From an uncultured delta proteobacterium (GTDB lineage: Bacteria; Desulfobacterota; Zymogenia; Zymogenales; Zymogenaceae), in NCBI GenBank assembly GCA_963848155.1, contig CAWKCL010000006.1, forward strand, positions 595,528-659,527: a stretch of DNA of 64,000 nt, given 5' to 3'. The notes beneath the pieces were generated by a model. It searched no databases and was not told the DNA's origin. It saw nothing but the letters and a program-made list of their open reading frames with translations. This document shows, one piece after another, positions 1 to 9,979 of this stretch. The position numbers and the translations under genes were made by a program. The number at the start of each line of letters is the position of its first letter. Position 1 is the stretch's first letter.

Positions 1-63
1 AGGCGGGCCATCATCGGGATGATCGAAAAGAAGGAGATGTACTGCTCGGTGCGGTTCCTGTAA
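1..63 (+). CDS. 3' end of an unidentified CDS truncated by the window edge
   Basis: Frame 1 reads RRAIIGMIEKKEMYCSVRFL then TAA TAG, with GC3-rich codons. Confidence 0.45.
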   Translation, partial: RRAIIGMIEKKEMYCSVRFL

Positions 64-218
64 TAGTCCCGGGATCTCCCGATGAAAATGCGACCGAAAC
101 GGCGGGAAAATCGGTAGCGATTCCGCTTGTATTGGCCGTATCGACCGTGATATAATTAGTTTGCGTGAAAGGGATGATTAGAGGGGCGACCTCATAACGG
201 CCGGGGAGGCCCGATGAC

Positions 219-482
219 ATGAAGGCCGAGATTATCAAGGACGGCGTCAAGATCGGAGAGATCTCGTTTGCGGAAGGTGCTCTCTCGATAAAGTGCGACG
301 ATACGGCGCTGAGGGACAGGATTTATGTCCACCTCACCAGCCCCGAGGTTAAGGAAGAGGAAGAGATCAGGAAGCTCGAGGCCGTCAAGGGAGCCGAGCC
401 CGGCACCCTCGAATATTTCAAGGCGACCCTTGAATTCATCGACGAGATGGAAAAAGAGATCGAGTTTACGTTTAAGGGTTAA
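219..482 (+). CDS. Hypothetical small acidic protein (87 aa)
   Basis: GGAGG RBS upstream, typical codon usage, followed by a terminator. Confidence 0.7.
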   Translation: MKAEIIKDGVKIGEISFAEGALSIKCDDTALRDRIYVHLTSPEVKEEEEIRKLEAVKGAEPGTLEYFKATLEFIDEMEKEIEFTFKG

Positions 483-571
483 ATTATCAGGGAGACACGA
501 TACCGAATTTACCATCCCCCGGATCTGCTGCATACGGGCAGTCAACGAGGGATCGTATCCCCTTCCAACAC

Positions 572-600
572 ACGGCGGCGTTAACTTCGCCGTTTTTTTT
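572..600 (+). terminator. Rho-independent terminator
   Basis: ACGGCG...CGCCGT stem followed by a T run, between convergent genes. Confidence 0.6.
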
Positions 601-657
601 CGCGCCACGGCCGGAGTCCCCAACGGCCTGGCCGAGACGGCACGGCCCGTTACCCCG

Positions 658-2115
658 CTATTTTACCCGGTCCAGGAACCGCGGCGTCGCCGTCTTCGGG
701 TCGTAGGTAAGTAAGCTCACCCCAACCATCAGGACGAGACTCACTGCGATGCTCGCGATGATCGGCTCGATCCAGGTCGGGAGACTGCCCGAGAACTTAA
801 GGCCGTACAGGGCCACCACCACGACCGAGGCCGCTATCGACGACACGATCGCCCCCTGCTTGGTCGCCTTCTTCCAGAAGATGGCCGCCATCGTCGGAAC
901 GAAAATCCCCGAAACGAAAATAGCAAAGGCCAGGAGCAGGATCTCGAAGATCCCCTTCATGTTGAGGGCGAATATCACGCCGAGGATACCGATGACGAGA
1001 ATAAAGCCGCGGGCGATCATGAGGAGCTTTTTATCCGGTAGCGACGGCCGATAGGCCCGCACGATATCATGGGCGAACGTCGTGCCCGATATAAGCAGGG
1101 CGGTGGAGGCGGTTGACATCATGACCGCCATAAGCGCGGCCAGGAGAAATCCCTTCAGGCCCACCGGCATGAAGGCTATGATCTCGGCGGGTATGGCCAA
1201 ATCGGTGCCGCCGGCGCTTTCCGCGAGGCCGGGGAAGAGATAGGCCGCCATCACCCCTAGGAAGACCGCTATGAAACTCCAGAAAATATAGATCCCGCTG
1301 GTGATGAACATGCTCTTTTTGATCCGTCCCTGGTCCCGCGCCGCCGAGGCCCGCTGCCATAACGAGGGGTCGATCAGGCAGAAGGGGATATCGATCAGGA
1401 AGATCGAGATGATAAAGGGAACCGTCAGCCCCCCCCAGAAGTTACCCGGAACCGGCTGGAGTATCTCCCACGCCTTTGCCGCCCCCCCAACCTCATGGGT
1501 CACGAAAACAGGCAGCAGGATCGCCACGCCGATGATCATGATGATCGTCTGGAAGAGGTCGGTATAGGCCACCGCCAGCAGCCCCCCCATGATCGTATAG
1601 ACGATCATGATGATACCGGCGAAGAGGATTCCTTCGGTATAGGTGATCCCCAAATTGCCGAAGATCGCCTGGACCGCCAGTCCCGTGGCGATGAGCTGGC
1701 CGCCGAAGATCGCCACGACCGCAAAGATCATGACGAAGGCGACGATGACCCGCATGGCGGACCCGTAGCGCAGCACCAGCGCGTCAGGGATCGTCCAGAT
1801 CTCCATCTTTCGGATTATCGGCGCGATAAAGCCGAAAATAAAGAGCCCGATCCCGTAGGCCAGGGTCGCAAAGAAGAGGGCGACCCCGACCTCGTAGGCC
1901 TTCCCAGCCTTCCCGATGGTCGAGGCCGCGCCGATGGCGGTCCCGATCAGGGCGCCGAGGAGCGCCGGATAGCCGAGGTTGCGCCCCGCGATCGTATAGT
2001 CCTCGGTTCCCTTGATCCGCTTGCTTGTCGCGTAGCCGATCAGGAGCAGAACGCTGAAATAAAGGATGATAACGACGATATCATACGACAGGACCATAGA
2101 CCTATCCCTCCGCAT
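658..2115 (-). CDS. Sodium:solute symporter (SSS/PutP family)
   Basis: ~13 TM segments; DYTIAGRNLG, YTIMGGLLAVAYTD, LLAALMAVMMSTAS motifs. Confidence 0.92.
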   Translation of the reverse strand: MRRDRSMVLSYDIVVIILYFSVLLLIGYATSKRIKGTEDYTIAGRNLGYPALLGALIGTAIGAASTIGKAGKAYEVGVALFFATLAYGIGLFIFGFIAPIIRKMEIWTIPDALVLRYGSAMRVIVAFVMIFAVVAIFGGQLIATGLAVQAIFGNLGITYTEGILFAGIIMIVYTIMGGLLAVAYTDLFQTIIMIIGVAILLPVFVTHEVGGAAKAWEILQPVPGNFWGGLTVPFIISIFLIDIPFCLIDPSLWQRASAARDQGRIKKSMFITSGIYIFWSFIAVFLGVMAAYLFPGLAESAGGTDLAIPAEIIAFMPVGLKGFLLAALMAVMMSTASTALLISGTTFAHDIVRAYRPSLPDKKLLMIARGFILVIGILGVIFALNMKGIFEILLLAFAIFVSGIFVPTMAAIFWKKATKQGAIVSSIAASVVVVALYGLKFSGSLPTWIEPIIASIAVSLVLMVGVSLLTYDPKTATPRFLDRVK

Positions 2116-2200
2116 GGTGGTAAACGATAAAACGAACGCCCGGAGCAGCCGCCCCCGGCGGTATCTCTGGCGCTGCCCTGTTTACGAACGGTCCCGTGCG

Positions 2201-2271
2201 TCACCGCTTCAGGCCGCCCGTCGCGTTTCAGGCCGCCCGTCAGCGTTTCAGGCCACCCGTCAGCGTTTCAG
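2201..2271. repeat. ~20-bp tandem repeat, ~3.5 copies (TCAGCGTTTCAGGCCGCCCG), overlapping the M28 gene stop
   Basis: tcaccgcttcaggccgcccg / tcgcgtttcaggccgcccg / tcagcgtttcaggccacccg / tcagcgtttcag. Confidence 0.85.
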
Positions 2272-3669
2272 AATATACCCGTCGCCCGGCGGGCCGGGTT
2301 TCCTGATCGTATCGGGGTCGGCGGCCATGATGGCCTCGATCATCTCCCCGTAGGCCGCCGCGGTAGGCAGCAACTGGTCGACTGCGATCTTTTCCCACGT
2401 ATCCTCAAGCCCGTTCCAGTAGGGCGGCGGCGAGATGAAGCTGATGACCGGCAGGCCCGCCCGGTTGTAGGCCGAGGCGTCGGTCGGCACCCCGAGCGGC
2501 GTGTTTGTCGGCATGAGGATCGTGCGTCTCAGGTTATTGGCGATCACCGCCTTACGGACGATCTCGACCAGCGGCCCGGTATCCGTGACGAACAGCGCCC
2601 TGGCCTGGATGTCGCCGGTGGCAACAAGCACTCCCGTCTCGTCCTGTACGTATTCCATCGCCAGGTGCTCGATGTGGAGGTCGGCCACGAGGTTCTTGAT
2701 GAGGCCGTCCCGGTGCCGCGCGATATGGGCCCGGGAGCCGAGGACAAACAGGCACTCGGCGGCCTCCAGGACAAACGCGAGCGTCAGCGGCGGCTTCTTT
2801 TCTGCGTAGGTGCGGGACGCCCGGCGCGCCAGCTCCAGCACCACCGCCACCCCGGCCGCGTCTTCGGTGGCCCCCGGCCACATGGAGTCGTGATGCGAGG
2901 TAACCTGGATCACCCGGTCGCTCTTGCCGCGTATGACGCCTACGATGTTGTGCATGCGGGCGCTCCGGGTCTCTCCCGTGAGCAGGAGGGTCCCTTCGGC
3001 CGCACCCTTTTTCAAGAGGGATATCAAGCGCTTGCCGTCCGAACTCCTCAGGCCGATGCCCGGGATGGGGCCGACCATGCCCGTGAACGCGTTTCCCCCC
3101 TCGAAACAGAGGTACGGGGTAATATCGAGGGGATAAACGCCGATAAAGCCGGCCGCCCCCCGATCCACCGCCGCCTGGTAGACCCGCTGTTCTTCCTCCG
3201 TCACCCAGCTCATCACCTGGCCCTTGCCCGAAAGGGTATCGCCGGGGTCGTGGAGGTAGTGCCCGACCGACCGCAACAGCTCATACTCGATGTAGCCGTG
3301 GGAATAAGAGACGACGACGATCTTCCCCTTGACGTCGACCTTGTCCATGTCGCCGGGAGAGCCCGACCCGAGATCGACGATCGGGGCGCCGAGGCCTGCC
3401 GGGCCGGTAAAGGCGGTGTAGGTGATCGGCTCGGCGGAAAAACTCGCCGACCGGCCGCCGCACGAGACCGCGCAGTAAGCCTGGTCGGCGTGCCAGCTCA
3501 CGAAATCGACCGGCTCTCGCCTCACGTCCGGTATCCCGAAGCCCTTCATGATACCGAAGAGATAGTTCTCGGCATGGGCGCCGGCGATGCTGCCGGGGCG
3601 CTTTCCCCCGAGGTCATAGAGGTCGCGCGCCCACGAGAGCATACGGTCCAGGTCAGGATGGTTTTTCAT
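2260..3669 (-). CDS. M28-family peptidase/hydrolase with PA domain and atypical metal ligands
   Basis: DVKGKIVVV PA domain; NIVGVIRG, SHHDS, GATEDAAG, TDASAY motifs; no signal peptide. Confidence 0.85.
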   Translation of the reverse strand: MKNHPDLDRMLSWARDLYDLGGKRPGSIAGAHAENYLFGIMKGFGIPDVRREPVDFVSWHADQAYCAVSCGGRSASFSAEPITYTAFTGPAGLGAPIVDLGSGSPGDMDKVDVKGKIVVVSYSHGYIEYELLRSVGHYLHDPGDTLSGKGQVMSWVTEEEQRVYQAAVDRGAAGFIGVYPLDITPYLCFEGGNAFTGMVGPIPGIGLRSSDGKRLISLLKKGAAEGTLLLTGETRSARMHNIVGVIRGKSDRVIQVTSHHDSMWPGATEDAAGVAVVLELARRASRTYAEKKPPLTLAFVLEAAECLFVLGSRAHIARHRDGLIKNLVADLHIEHLAMEYVQDETGVLVATGDIQARALFVTDTGPLVEIVRKAVIANNLRRTILMPTNTPLGVPTDASAYNRAGLPVISFISPPPYWNGLEDTWEKIAVDQLLPTAAAYGEMIEAIMAADPDTIRKPGPPGDGYILKR

Positions 3670-3691
3670 CAGTATCCCCCGATGGTGAGGA

Positions 3692-4304
3692 TTATAGGAG
3701 CTTTTCGAGGAAATCGACCGGCCCGGCGCCGCGCCTGACGACCTCGGGCCGCCGTGTCCATGAACGAGACGACCGTGGAGGCGCGGCCCCCTATCGGCCC
3801 CGCGTCCAGCATCAGGTCGGTCTCGTGGTCGAATGTCTTCTTTATCTCCGACGGGTCGGTGAGGGGAGGGTCCCCCGTCCGGTTGACGCTGGTGGTGATG
3901 ACCGGGCCCCCGAATCCCCCGGCGATCGCCAGGGCCACCGGGTGATCCGGGATCCTGACGCCGAGTCCCCGTCCCTTGCCGATGACGCCGTCCGGCAGCC
4001 TCACCTTGGAAGGGAATATAAACGTGTAGGGTCCGGGCAGTACCTTCAGGACGCCGACGAGCGCGATATCGACCGTGACAAGGGCCACGAGCTCTTCGAC
4101 GGTGGGCAGCATCACCGAGAAGACCAGCCCCCGCGATCTCCCCTTGATTTCGCGCAGCCGGCGCACCGCCTGGCCGTTGCGCGCGTCCACCCCGAATCCG
4201 TACAGGGTGTCGGTGGGGTAGACGATGACCCCGCCGCGCCGCAGGGCCGCAACCGCCTCGTCGATGCCCGCCGCCGGGTTCCCGATGACGTCGATGGTCT
4301 TCAC
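3692..4304 (-). CDS. tsaC: L-threonylcarbamoyladenylate synthase (TsaC/Sua5); probable indel near 3755
   Basis: YPTDTLYG, IKGR, LPGPYT, GVRIPDH, TTSVN motifs; GTG start overlaps the ttcA stop; shifted frame restores RPEVVRRGAG...LEKLL*. Confidence 0.9.
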
Positions 4305-5071
4305 GGGTCTTTCCTCGTAAGGCGGCTGTCCAGGAGGTGGACCGGATCGACGTTTCCCATCGCCCGAAGCAGGCTCTTCTTCGTCCGGGGGTAGACCTGC
4401 TCCACCTGATGTATCAGGTCGCGCATCCGCCTGCGGTTCGTTGACCCGCGGCCGGAAAACGGGCACCCGCCCATAATGGGAAAATTCATCGCCCGGGCGT
4501 AACGGGAGGTGAGCCGCTCCTCGGTCAGGCACAGGGGCCGGATCACCGTGTTTTTGCCGTCCTCGGTAACAAAGTTGGGTCCCATCGCCCTGATCTGGCC
4601 CACGAAGAAGAGGTTCATCAGGAGGCTTTCCATCAGGTCTTCCTGATGGTGGCCGAGGGCGATCGTGGTAATGTCTCCCCTCCTGCCCCTGGCGTAGAGC
4701 GCCCCCCGGCGCATCCGGGAGCAGAAGTAGCAGGGATTATCCTTTGGTGAGGTCTTCTGGGGAATCAGGCCGAAGATGCCGGTCCTGATAATTTCGTACT
4801 CAAAGCCGTGGCGGCAGAGGAATTCCTCCATCGGGCCCGTATCGCAGCCGGGGTACCCCGCGTCCACGTGAACGGCCAGGATCCGATAGGAGACGGGCGC
4901 CTTTTGTGAGAGCCTTCGCAGGGTAAACAGGAGCGACCAGCTGTCCTTTCCCCCCGAAAGCGCCACCATGATTCGGTCGGCCGGCCCGATCATATCGTAT
5001 CGGGCGATGGCCTTGCCAACCCTTCCGTCCAGCACCCGCTCGATCGAGCCGATTGTCGCCGTTTTCGCCAT
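4301..5071 (-). CDS. ttcA: tRNA 2-thiocytidine(32) synthetase TtcA family
   Basis: SGGKDS PP-loop, PCYFCSRMRRG, IALGHHQED, VIRPL. Confidence 0.9.
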   Translation of the reverse strand: MAKTATIGSIERVLDGRVGKAIARYDMIGPADRIMVALSGGKDSWSLLFTLRRLSQKAPVSYRILAVHVDAGYPGCDTGPMEEFLCRHGFEYEIIRTGIFGLIPQKTSPKDNPCYFCSRMRRGALYARGRRGDITTIALGHHQEDLMESLLMNLFFVGQIRAMGPNFVTEDGKNTVIRPLCLTEERLTSRYARAMNFPIMGGCPFSGRGSTNRRRMRDLIHQVEQVYPRTKKSLLRAMGNVDPVHLLDSRLTRKDP

Positions 5072-5289
5072 TTTCGCCGTTGTCGTCCTATCAGGTTTCC
5101 CCGTATGGTATCGCCTCGCGCGGCGCTTTGTCAAAATAAAACCGACGCCCCCCGTAGGAAATCGAAGAAAATAGGTGTTGACGGGTTACCGGGGCAATGT
5201 TACCATTTAGTGAGTCAGTACCCGTTCCCAGGTCTTGTTCTCCGAACGAAAAGAGACAATCCATGATCCCAACCTGAAGGCACGACGTA

Positions 5290-6408
5290 ATGTACTGCGG
5301 CAACCCGGTCTTCTCGGCGTATCGGTATCACCGCCCCGTCTCCCGGAGGGGATGTCGGGCCGGGTCCGTTTCGCGCGTAGTCCGTACGATTACCGCCGCC
5401 TGTATGATCTCCCTCGTCCTGTTCGGCTGCCGGCCCTCCGGGGGCGACATGGAGCGGGTCTTCGGCCTGCTTCCGAAACGCAGTTTTGATTCCATCGAAT
5501 GCTCAAACCTCACGGCCGCCCGGGAATTATTGGGCCTTACCGCGGTCGATCACACGTCATCCGTGGAAGACAAGCTTGGCTATTTTACGAAGCTTGACCC
5601 CTTCACCTTTTCCACCGGGGAATATTCGTTTCTTGTCTCGGACAAGACGCCCCTCGGATTTGACCCGAGCGATTTTTCCGTTACCCTTGTGGCTCGGACC
5701 TCCTCATATTCACTGACGCTCGTCTCGGGCGACTTCGATACCGAAACGATCCGTACGCGCCTCTCGCAGGCGGGTTATCGGTTACAAAACTACCGCGGAC
5801 GCGACATCTACACCCTCCCGTGGTCGGAGGCGCCTGCTGAGGGGGGGCTGTTTTTGACGTTCGCCAACCTCACGTTCGTCGAGCCCGATATCATCGCGTC
5901 GGCCCCTACCGAGCGGCTCCTCAAGGACTATCTTGACTGGATAGAAGTCGGCACGATGGACGAAGACCCGATCGTTATGGGCCTGGTCGAAAAGCTCAAG
6001 GGGGAATCGTCGTTCTACATCTCCCGCGGGCTGAGGACCGACGAGCTCTACGGTGAGGATTCCCTGTTTATCCGCAGTCCCGAAGACTGGGGGCTGCCCG
6101 GGTATCGGCTCTCGCCCTATACCTACTTCGTATTCGCGATCAGACCCGCGCCCGACAGGGAGCGCCAGCGGCTGACGCTCCTGATACTCTATCCCGACGA
6201 GGCCTCGGCCGAAAACGACGTCCAGCCCCTCACCGAGGGGTTGAAACGGGGGAAAAGCCTTTCACGGCTCGTCCCCTTTTCCGATCTGTTGACCGTTACG
6301 GAGGTAACGGCGAAACACGGTCTGCTGACGGCATTGATCGAATCCAGGGATGATTTCGACGTGAAACAGCTGATACGCCTGAAGGACCTGCCGTTCCTCG
6401 TCTATTGA
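5290..6408 (+). CDS. Hypothetical lipoprotein (true start may be downstream)
   Basis: 372-aa ORF with hydrophobic stretch ending in LFGC lipobox. Confidence 0.7.
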   Translation: MYCGNPVFSAYRYHRPVSRRGCRAGSVSRVVRTITAACMISLVLFGCRPSGGDMERVFGLLPKRSFDSIECSNLTAARELLGLTAVDHTSSVEDKLGYFTKLDPFTFSTGEYSFLVSDKTPLGFDPSDFSVTLVARTSSYSLTLVSGDFDTETIRTRLSQAGYRLQNYRGRDIYTLPWSEAPAEGGLFLTFANLTFVEPDIIASAPTERLLKDYLDWIEVGTMDEDPIVMGLVEKLKGESSFYISRGLRTDELYGEDSLFIRSPEDWGLPGYRLSPYTYFVFAIRPAPDRERQRLTLLILYPDEASAENDVQPLTEGLKRGKSLSRLVPFSDLLTVTEVTAKHGLLTALIESRDDFDVKQLIRLKDLPFLVY

Positions 6409-6433
6409 AAAGCCCTTTCCGCAGGAGCAGTCC

Positions 6434-7261
6434 ATGAAACGACACCCGGCAACGTTAGCGGGCATCATAGTGTCGGCCGCTGTAATCCTGACCGTGACGG
6501 TTATCGCGTCCTTTTCCGCCCGCGCCCAGGAGTTTGATTTCGGGGATTTCAACTTCATATCCGTCGAGGATGAAATCTCAATGGGCAGGGAGATGTCGGC
6601 CGAGGTGGAAAAGGAGCACCCGCTCTATACTGACGGGCAGGTACAGCGCTACGTCAGGGATATCGGCGGCAGGATTGCCCGATACGTCCCCAACAACGCC
6701 GGCATCCCGCTGACGGTCAAGGTCGTCAAAGACGACGAGGTCAACGCCTTTACCATACCCGGCGGCTACGTCTACGTCAACTCCGGCCTGATCAAGCGGC
6801 TGGACACCGAGGCGGAGCTTGCCGGGGTCATTGCCCATGAGATGGCCCATGCCGTAAACCGGGACGGCACCAAACAGCTGACCAGGATGTACGGGATCTC
6901 GTTTCTGCTGAATCTCGTCCTGGGCAGCGACGCCCCCCAGTGGCAGCAGATAGCGGGGGATCTCTTTTCCACATTCGGCCTGCTGTCATACGGACGCACC
7001 GCCGAGAGCGAGGCGGACAGGGGGGCGGTGTACATCTCCCGGGCCGCCGGTTATAATCCCGTCGGCTACCTCGAGTTCCTGAAAAAGCTTCAGGAAATGG
7101 AGGAGAGCCAGCCCAACCTGTTGACGGAGCTATTCTCCACCCACCCCGAGACGTCCGGGAGGATTGCCACGGTTGAGCGCGAGATCGCCGCGCTGCCGCC
7201 GACCAAACGGCTCATCAACAATACGGCCCGGTTCGACGATATCAGGAGAAGGGTACGCTGA
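6434..7261 (+). CDS. M48-family metalloprotease, exported
   Basis: Signal peptide; VNAFTIPGG, HEMAH zincin motif, ESEAD, FSTHP. Confidence 0.93.
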   Translation: MKRHPATLAGIIVSAAVILTVTVIASFSARAQEFDFGDFNFISVEDEISMGREMSAEVEKEHPLYTDGQVQRYVRDIGGRIARYVPNNAGIPLTVKVVKDDEVNAFTIPGGYVYVNSGLIKRLDTEAELAGVIAHEMAHAVNRDGTKQLTRMYGISFLLNLVLGSDAPQWQQIAGDLFSTFGLLSYGRTAESEADRGAVYISRAAGYNPVGYLEFLKKLQEMEESQPNLLTELFSTHPETSGRIATVEREIAALPPTKRLINNTARFDDIRRRVR

Positions 7262-7339
7262 CCCGGGGGGCCGGCGTCGATTCGGTTTCGTACGCTCCCG
7301 CGGCCCAAGCCGCGCGCCTCTTTCCCTTGTCACGGCGCC

Positions 7340-8477
7340 CTATCGCCGCCTTTTGAGCAGATGATAAAGGGGCAAAGCCGTAAACAGGAGGATCATCGCC
7401 CCGGCAACGTAGAAGAGGTAATCGTACCCGAGCCGGTCCATCGCCTGCGACAGGCAGAACGGCCCAAGCATCCCCCCGCCGTAGAACGCCGCTCCCAGAA
7501 GCGCCATAGCCCGCGGGTAGTGCGGCCCGGTGAGCTCGTCTCCGACGATGGCCATTCCTACCGGATACAATGTGTTGACCACTCCGCCGCCAACAAACGT
7601 CAACAGGACAAGCATGGCAAAGACCGGAAAAGACGGCACCACGAAGAAGAACACCCCGCACACCAGAGAGGCCGCCACCATAAAACGCATCTTTCCGAAT
7701 CCGTCGGCAAGCTTCGTCAGCGGATAGAGGAGCACCATCCCCCCCAGGTCAAAACCGGTTACGATTATCCCCATCTCGAAAGGTCGCAGACCTACTTCCT
7801 TCAGATAGAGGGCGATCAGCGACAGGATCCCTTCGAGGATAAACCCGTAAAGGAATGACGACCCGAGGGGAACGATAATGCGCGCGATCGGAAACGGGGA
7901 CCCCCTCGGGGCGCTTCGGGACCGAGACCGCCGGGACAAGGAACAATACCGCCGCCAGCGACACCGCGCATATCAGCGCGGCCACGATGTAGGGGAGGTG
8001 CGGGCCCACTTCGTAGAGCGGAAACCCGATCATCGGCCCCGCGGCCGATCCCGCCGCAACGGACATCATGTAGATCCCCATGATCCGCGATCTCTTATCG
8101 GGGGGGCTTTCGGCGATCAGGGTGGCCTCCGTGGCCACGAAGATAAGGCCGAGGGCCAATCCGTTGAAGGTCCGGAGGATAAAAAAGGAAGGGACATCGC
8201 TCGCCGTGGTATAGAGCCCGATGGTAACACCGCACAGCAAGAGCGATCCGGCCAGTACCCGCTTATTGCCTAGGGCAAAAATAAGGACAGGGCTGGCCAT
8301 CGAGGCGATGAATGCGGCCATTGACTGCAGCATCGTGCTGGTCCCCACAACCGAGGCGGAGGCCCCCACGGCCTTCATCGAAAGGGAAAGCAGCGGCAGC
8401 GTCAGCCCGAGGGAAAGCCCCAGTACGCCCATCGAGAGGTAAATGGGGAAAAATATGGGTTCGTGTCTTGATTGCAT
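7340..8477 (-). CDS. MFS transporter (frameshifted near 7880-7900)
   Basis: Two overlapping hydrophobic ORFs (7749..8477 and 7340..7939) form the two MFS halves; LADGFGK loop motif. Confidence 0.85.
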
Positions 8478-8586
8478 GGAAATACCCGTATACCGGTTTG
8501 ACTAATCACCGGCAAATAAAGGCGCTCATACTCCGGGGAAACCTGCTAACGGTGGGACGTCTGGCGAAGACCGGTCACGCGGGCGT

Positions 8587-8626
8587 AAAAAACCCGGGGA
8601 TGAACGGTAGCCGCTCGTCCCCGGGT
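8587..8626 (-). terminator. Rho-independent terminator of the lipoprotein gene
   Basis: ACCCGGGGATGAACGG/CCGCTCGTCCCCGGGT stem with a T6 tail on the minus strand. Confidence 0.65.
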
Positions 8627-8637
8627 CTGGATGACGA

Positions 8638-9021
8638 CTACTGAACCGTGAAGGTTACCGATGCGATTTCCTTGCCGTTGTTATCGCTGTCGTTCATTCT
8701 GAAATCGTATGTGCCCGGCAGCAGGGGCGCCGAAAATACTATCGTACCCGTTGTCATGCCGTTGAGATACTGATAGGTAAGGTCATACGTGTCGTTCTGC
8801 GCCTCATCCCCGTGGGGTACGCCGGAAGGGATAATCCCCACCCACGCGTCCGTGGGCAGCCCCGCCGGAGCCGAGAAGGTAACGCTGATCGTTTCCCCGG
8901 GTGCGTAGACGCCCTTGTCGGTATCGAGCGACGGACCCGACGGCTTACAGGCCGAGAAGGCAAACCCGAGGGCCAACAATACCATCATAACGGCGATGAT
9001 AATAACGTGTTTCCTGAGCAT
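8638..9021 (-). CDS. Small lipoprotein with Ig-like beta-sandwich domain
   Basis: FSAC lipobox; DKGVYAPGETISV...AWVGI...PGTYDFR pattern; AGGAGG RBS. Confidence 0.8.
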   Translation of the reverse strand: MLRKHVIIIAVMMVLLALGFAFSACKPSGPSLDTDKGVYAPGETISVTFSAPAGLPTDAWVGIIPSGVPHGDEAQNDTYDLTYQYLNGMTTGTIVFSAPLLPGTYDFRMNDSDNNGKEIASVTFTVQ

Positions 9022-9246
9022 GTTCCTGGTAACCTCCTGATACAGTAATTAACTAACTTTATTATATATAACGTACCGACGGTCCCGTGTCAATTTATTT
9101 CGATCATGGCCTCCGGCGCATGCCGGGATTGTCACGGCGTCTTTGTCTCAAAGGGCCGACCGGTAAAAACAGTTTACAATTACGTGAAAATGTACTATAA
9201 ATACATACTCATCATCCGTCGCGGCCCGTGACGAAAGGGGAGGGGT

Positions 9247-9759
9247 ATGGAATACCCGAAACAATACGAAACCTACCTCACCATGAAGGACGGTAGAAAG
9301 CTCTTTCTCCGCCCGGTCTTGCCCACCGATACGGGATTGGTCAAGGATTTCTACGACAGTCTCTCGGAACGGACTAAATACCTGCGTTTCTTCATCCCAA
9401 AAAAAGAGGCCCGCAGCGACCGCGTTCAGAAATTCGCCACCGTCGATTACAAAAACTCGATGGTTATCGTGGCGCTCTACCAGGACGCAATCGTGGGCGC
9501 GGCCCGCTACGACTGGGATGATACCGAACGGTGCCTCGAGCTTGCCGAGACCGTCCGGGACGAGTGGCAGGGTAAAGGGCTGGGCACCGACTTGTTTCGG
9601 TACATCGTCAAGATCGCCAAGGAAAACGGATACGCCGAAATGACCGCTCTGATTCTCGACGAGAACAAGAATGCTTTTAATATCCTCAAAAAGACGATAC
9701 CGGGCGACCTGAAAACATCATATGAAGGCAATCTCATCCGGGTAACCTTCGCGCTGTAA
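9247..9759 (+). CDS. Stand-alone GNAT N-acetyltransferase (similar to the Pat-type GNAT domain)
   Basis: LRPV..D, LSERTKYLRFF, IVGAARY, WQGKGLG acetyl-CoA motif. Confidence 0.9.
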   Translation: MEYPKQYETYLTMKDGRKLFLRPVLPTDTGLVKDFYDSLSERTKYLRFFIPKKEARSDRVQKFATVDYKNSMVIVALYQDAIVGAARYDWDDTERCLELAETVRDEWQGKGLGTDLFRYIVKIAKENGYAEMTALILDENKNAFNILKKTIPGDLKTSYEGNLIRVTFAL

Positions 9760-9979
9760 TCGACGCTCATCATTCCGAGCGCCGGCGCGTTCGACCGTGT
9801 ATTCCCCGTTCAGTACCGGGCCGCTCGATACGGCCGCGGTTGATTCACAAACAGGACAGTTTCCGTTCACCTATTGACTTTTCGGGTTGATACCCCGGCG
9901 ACGGCCCCCGTATCATGATCTGTTTCCCGTCCGAATAACGGTCATTTTTATCTATTATTCTATATTAAGGAGAAAAGTA

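Noticed and set aside
2201-2271. Possible mini-CRISPR array
   Set aside because: Units are contiguous with no spacers, and there are no cas genes.
6353-6368. Second parS candidate (ATTTCGACGTGAAACA)
   Set aside because: Only one half-site matches, and it lies inside a CDS.
8533-8565. c-di-GMP-I riboswitch-like start (GGAAACC...GGGACG)
   Set aside because: No GNRA loop or GCAAA/P3, and it is on the wrong strand for the flanking genes.
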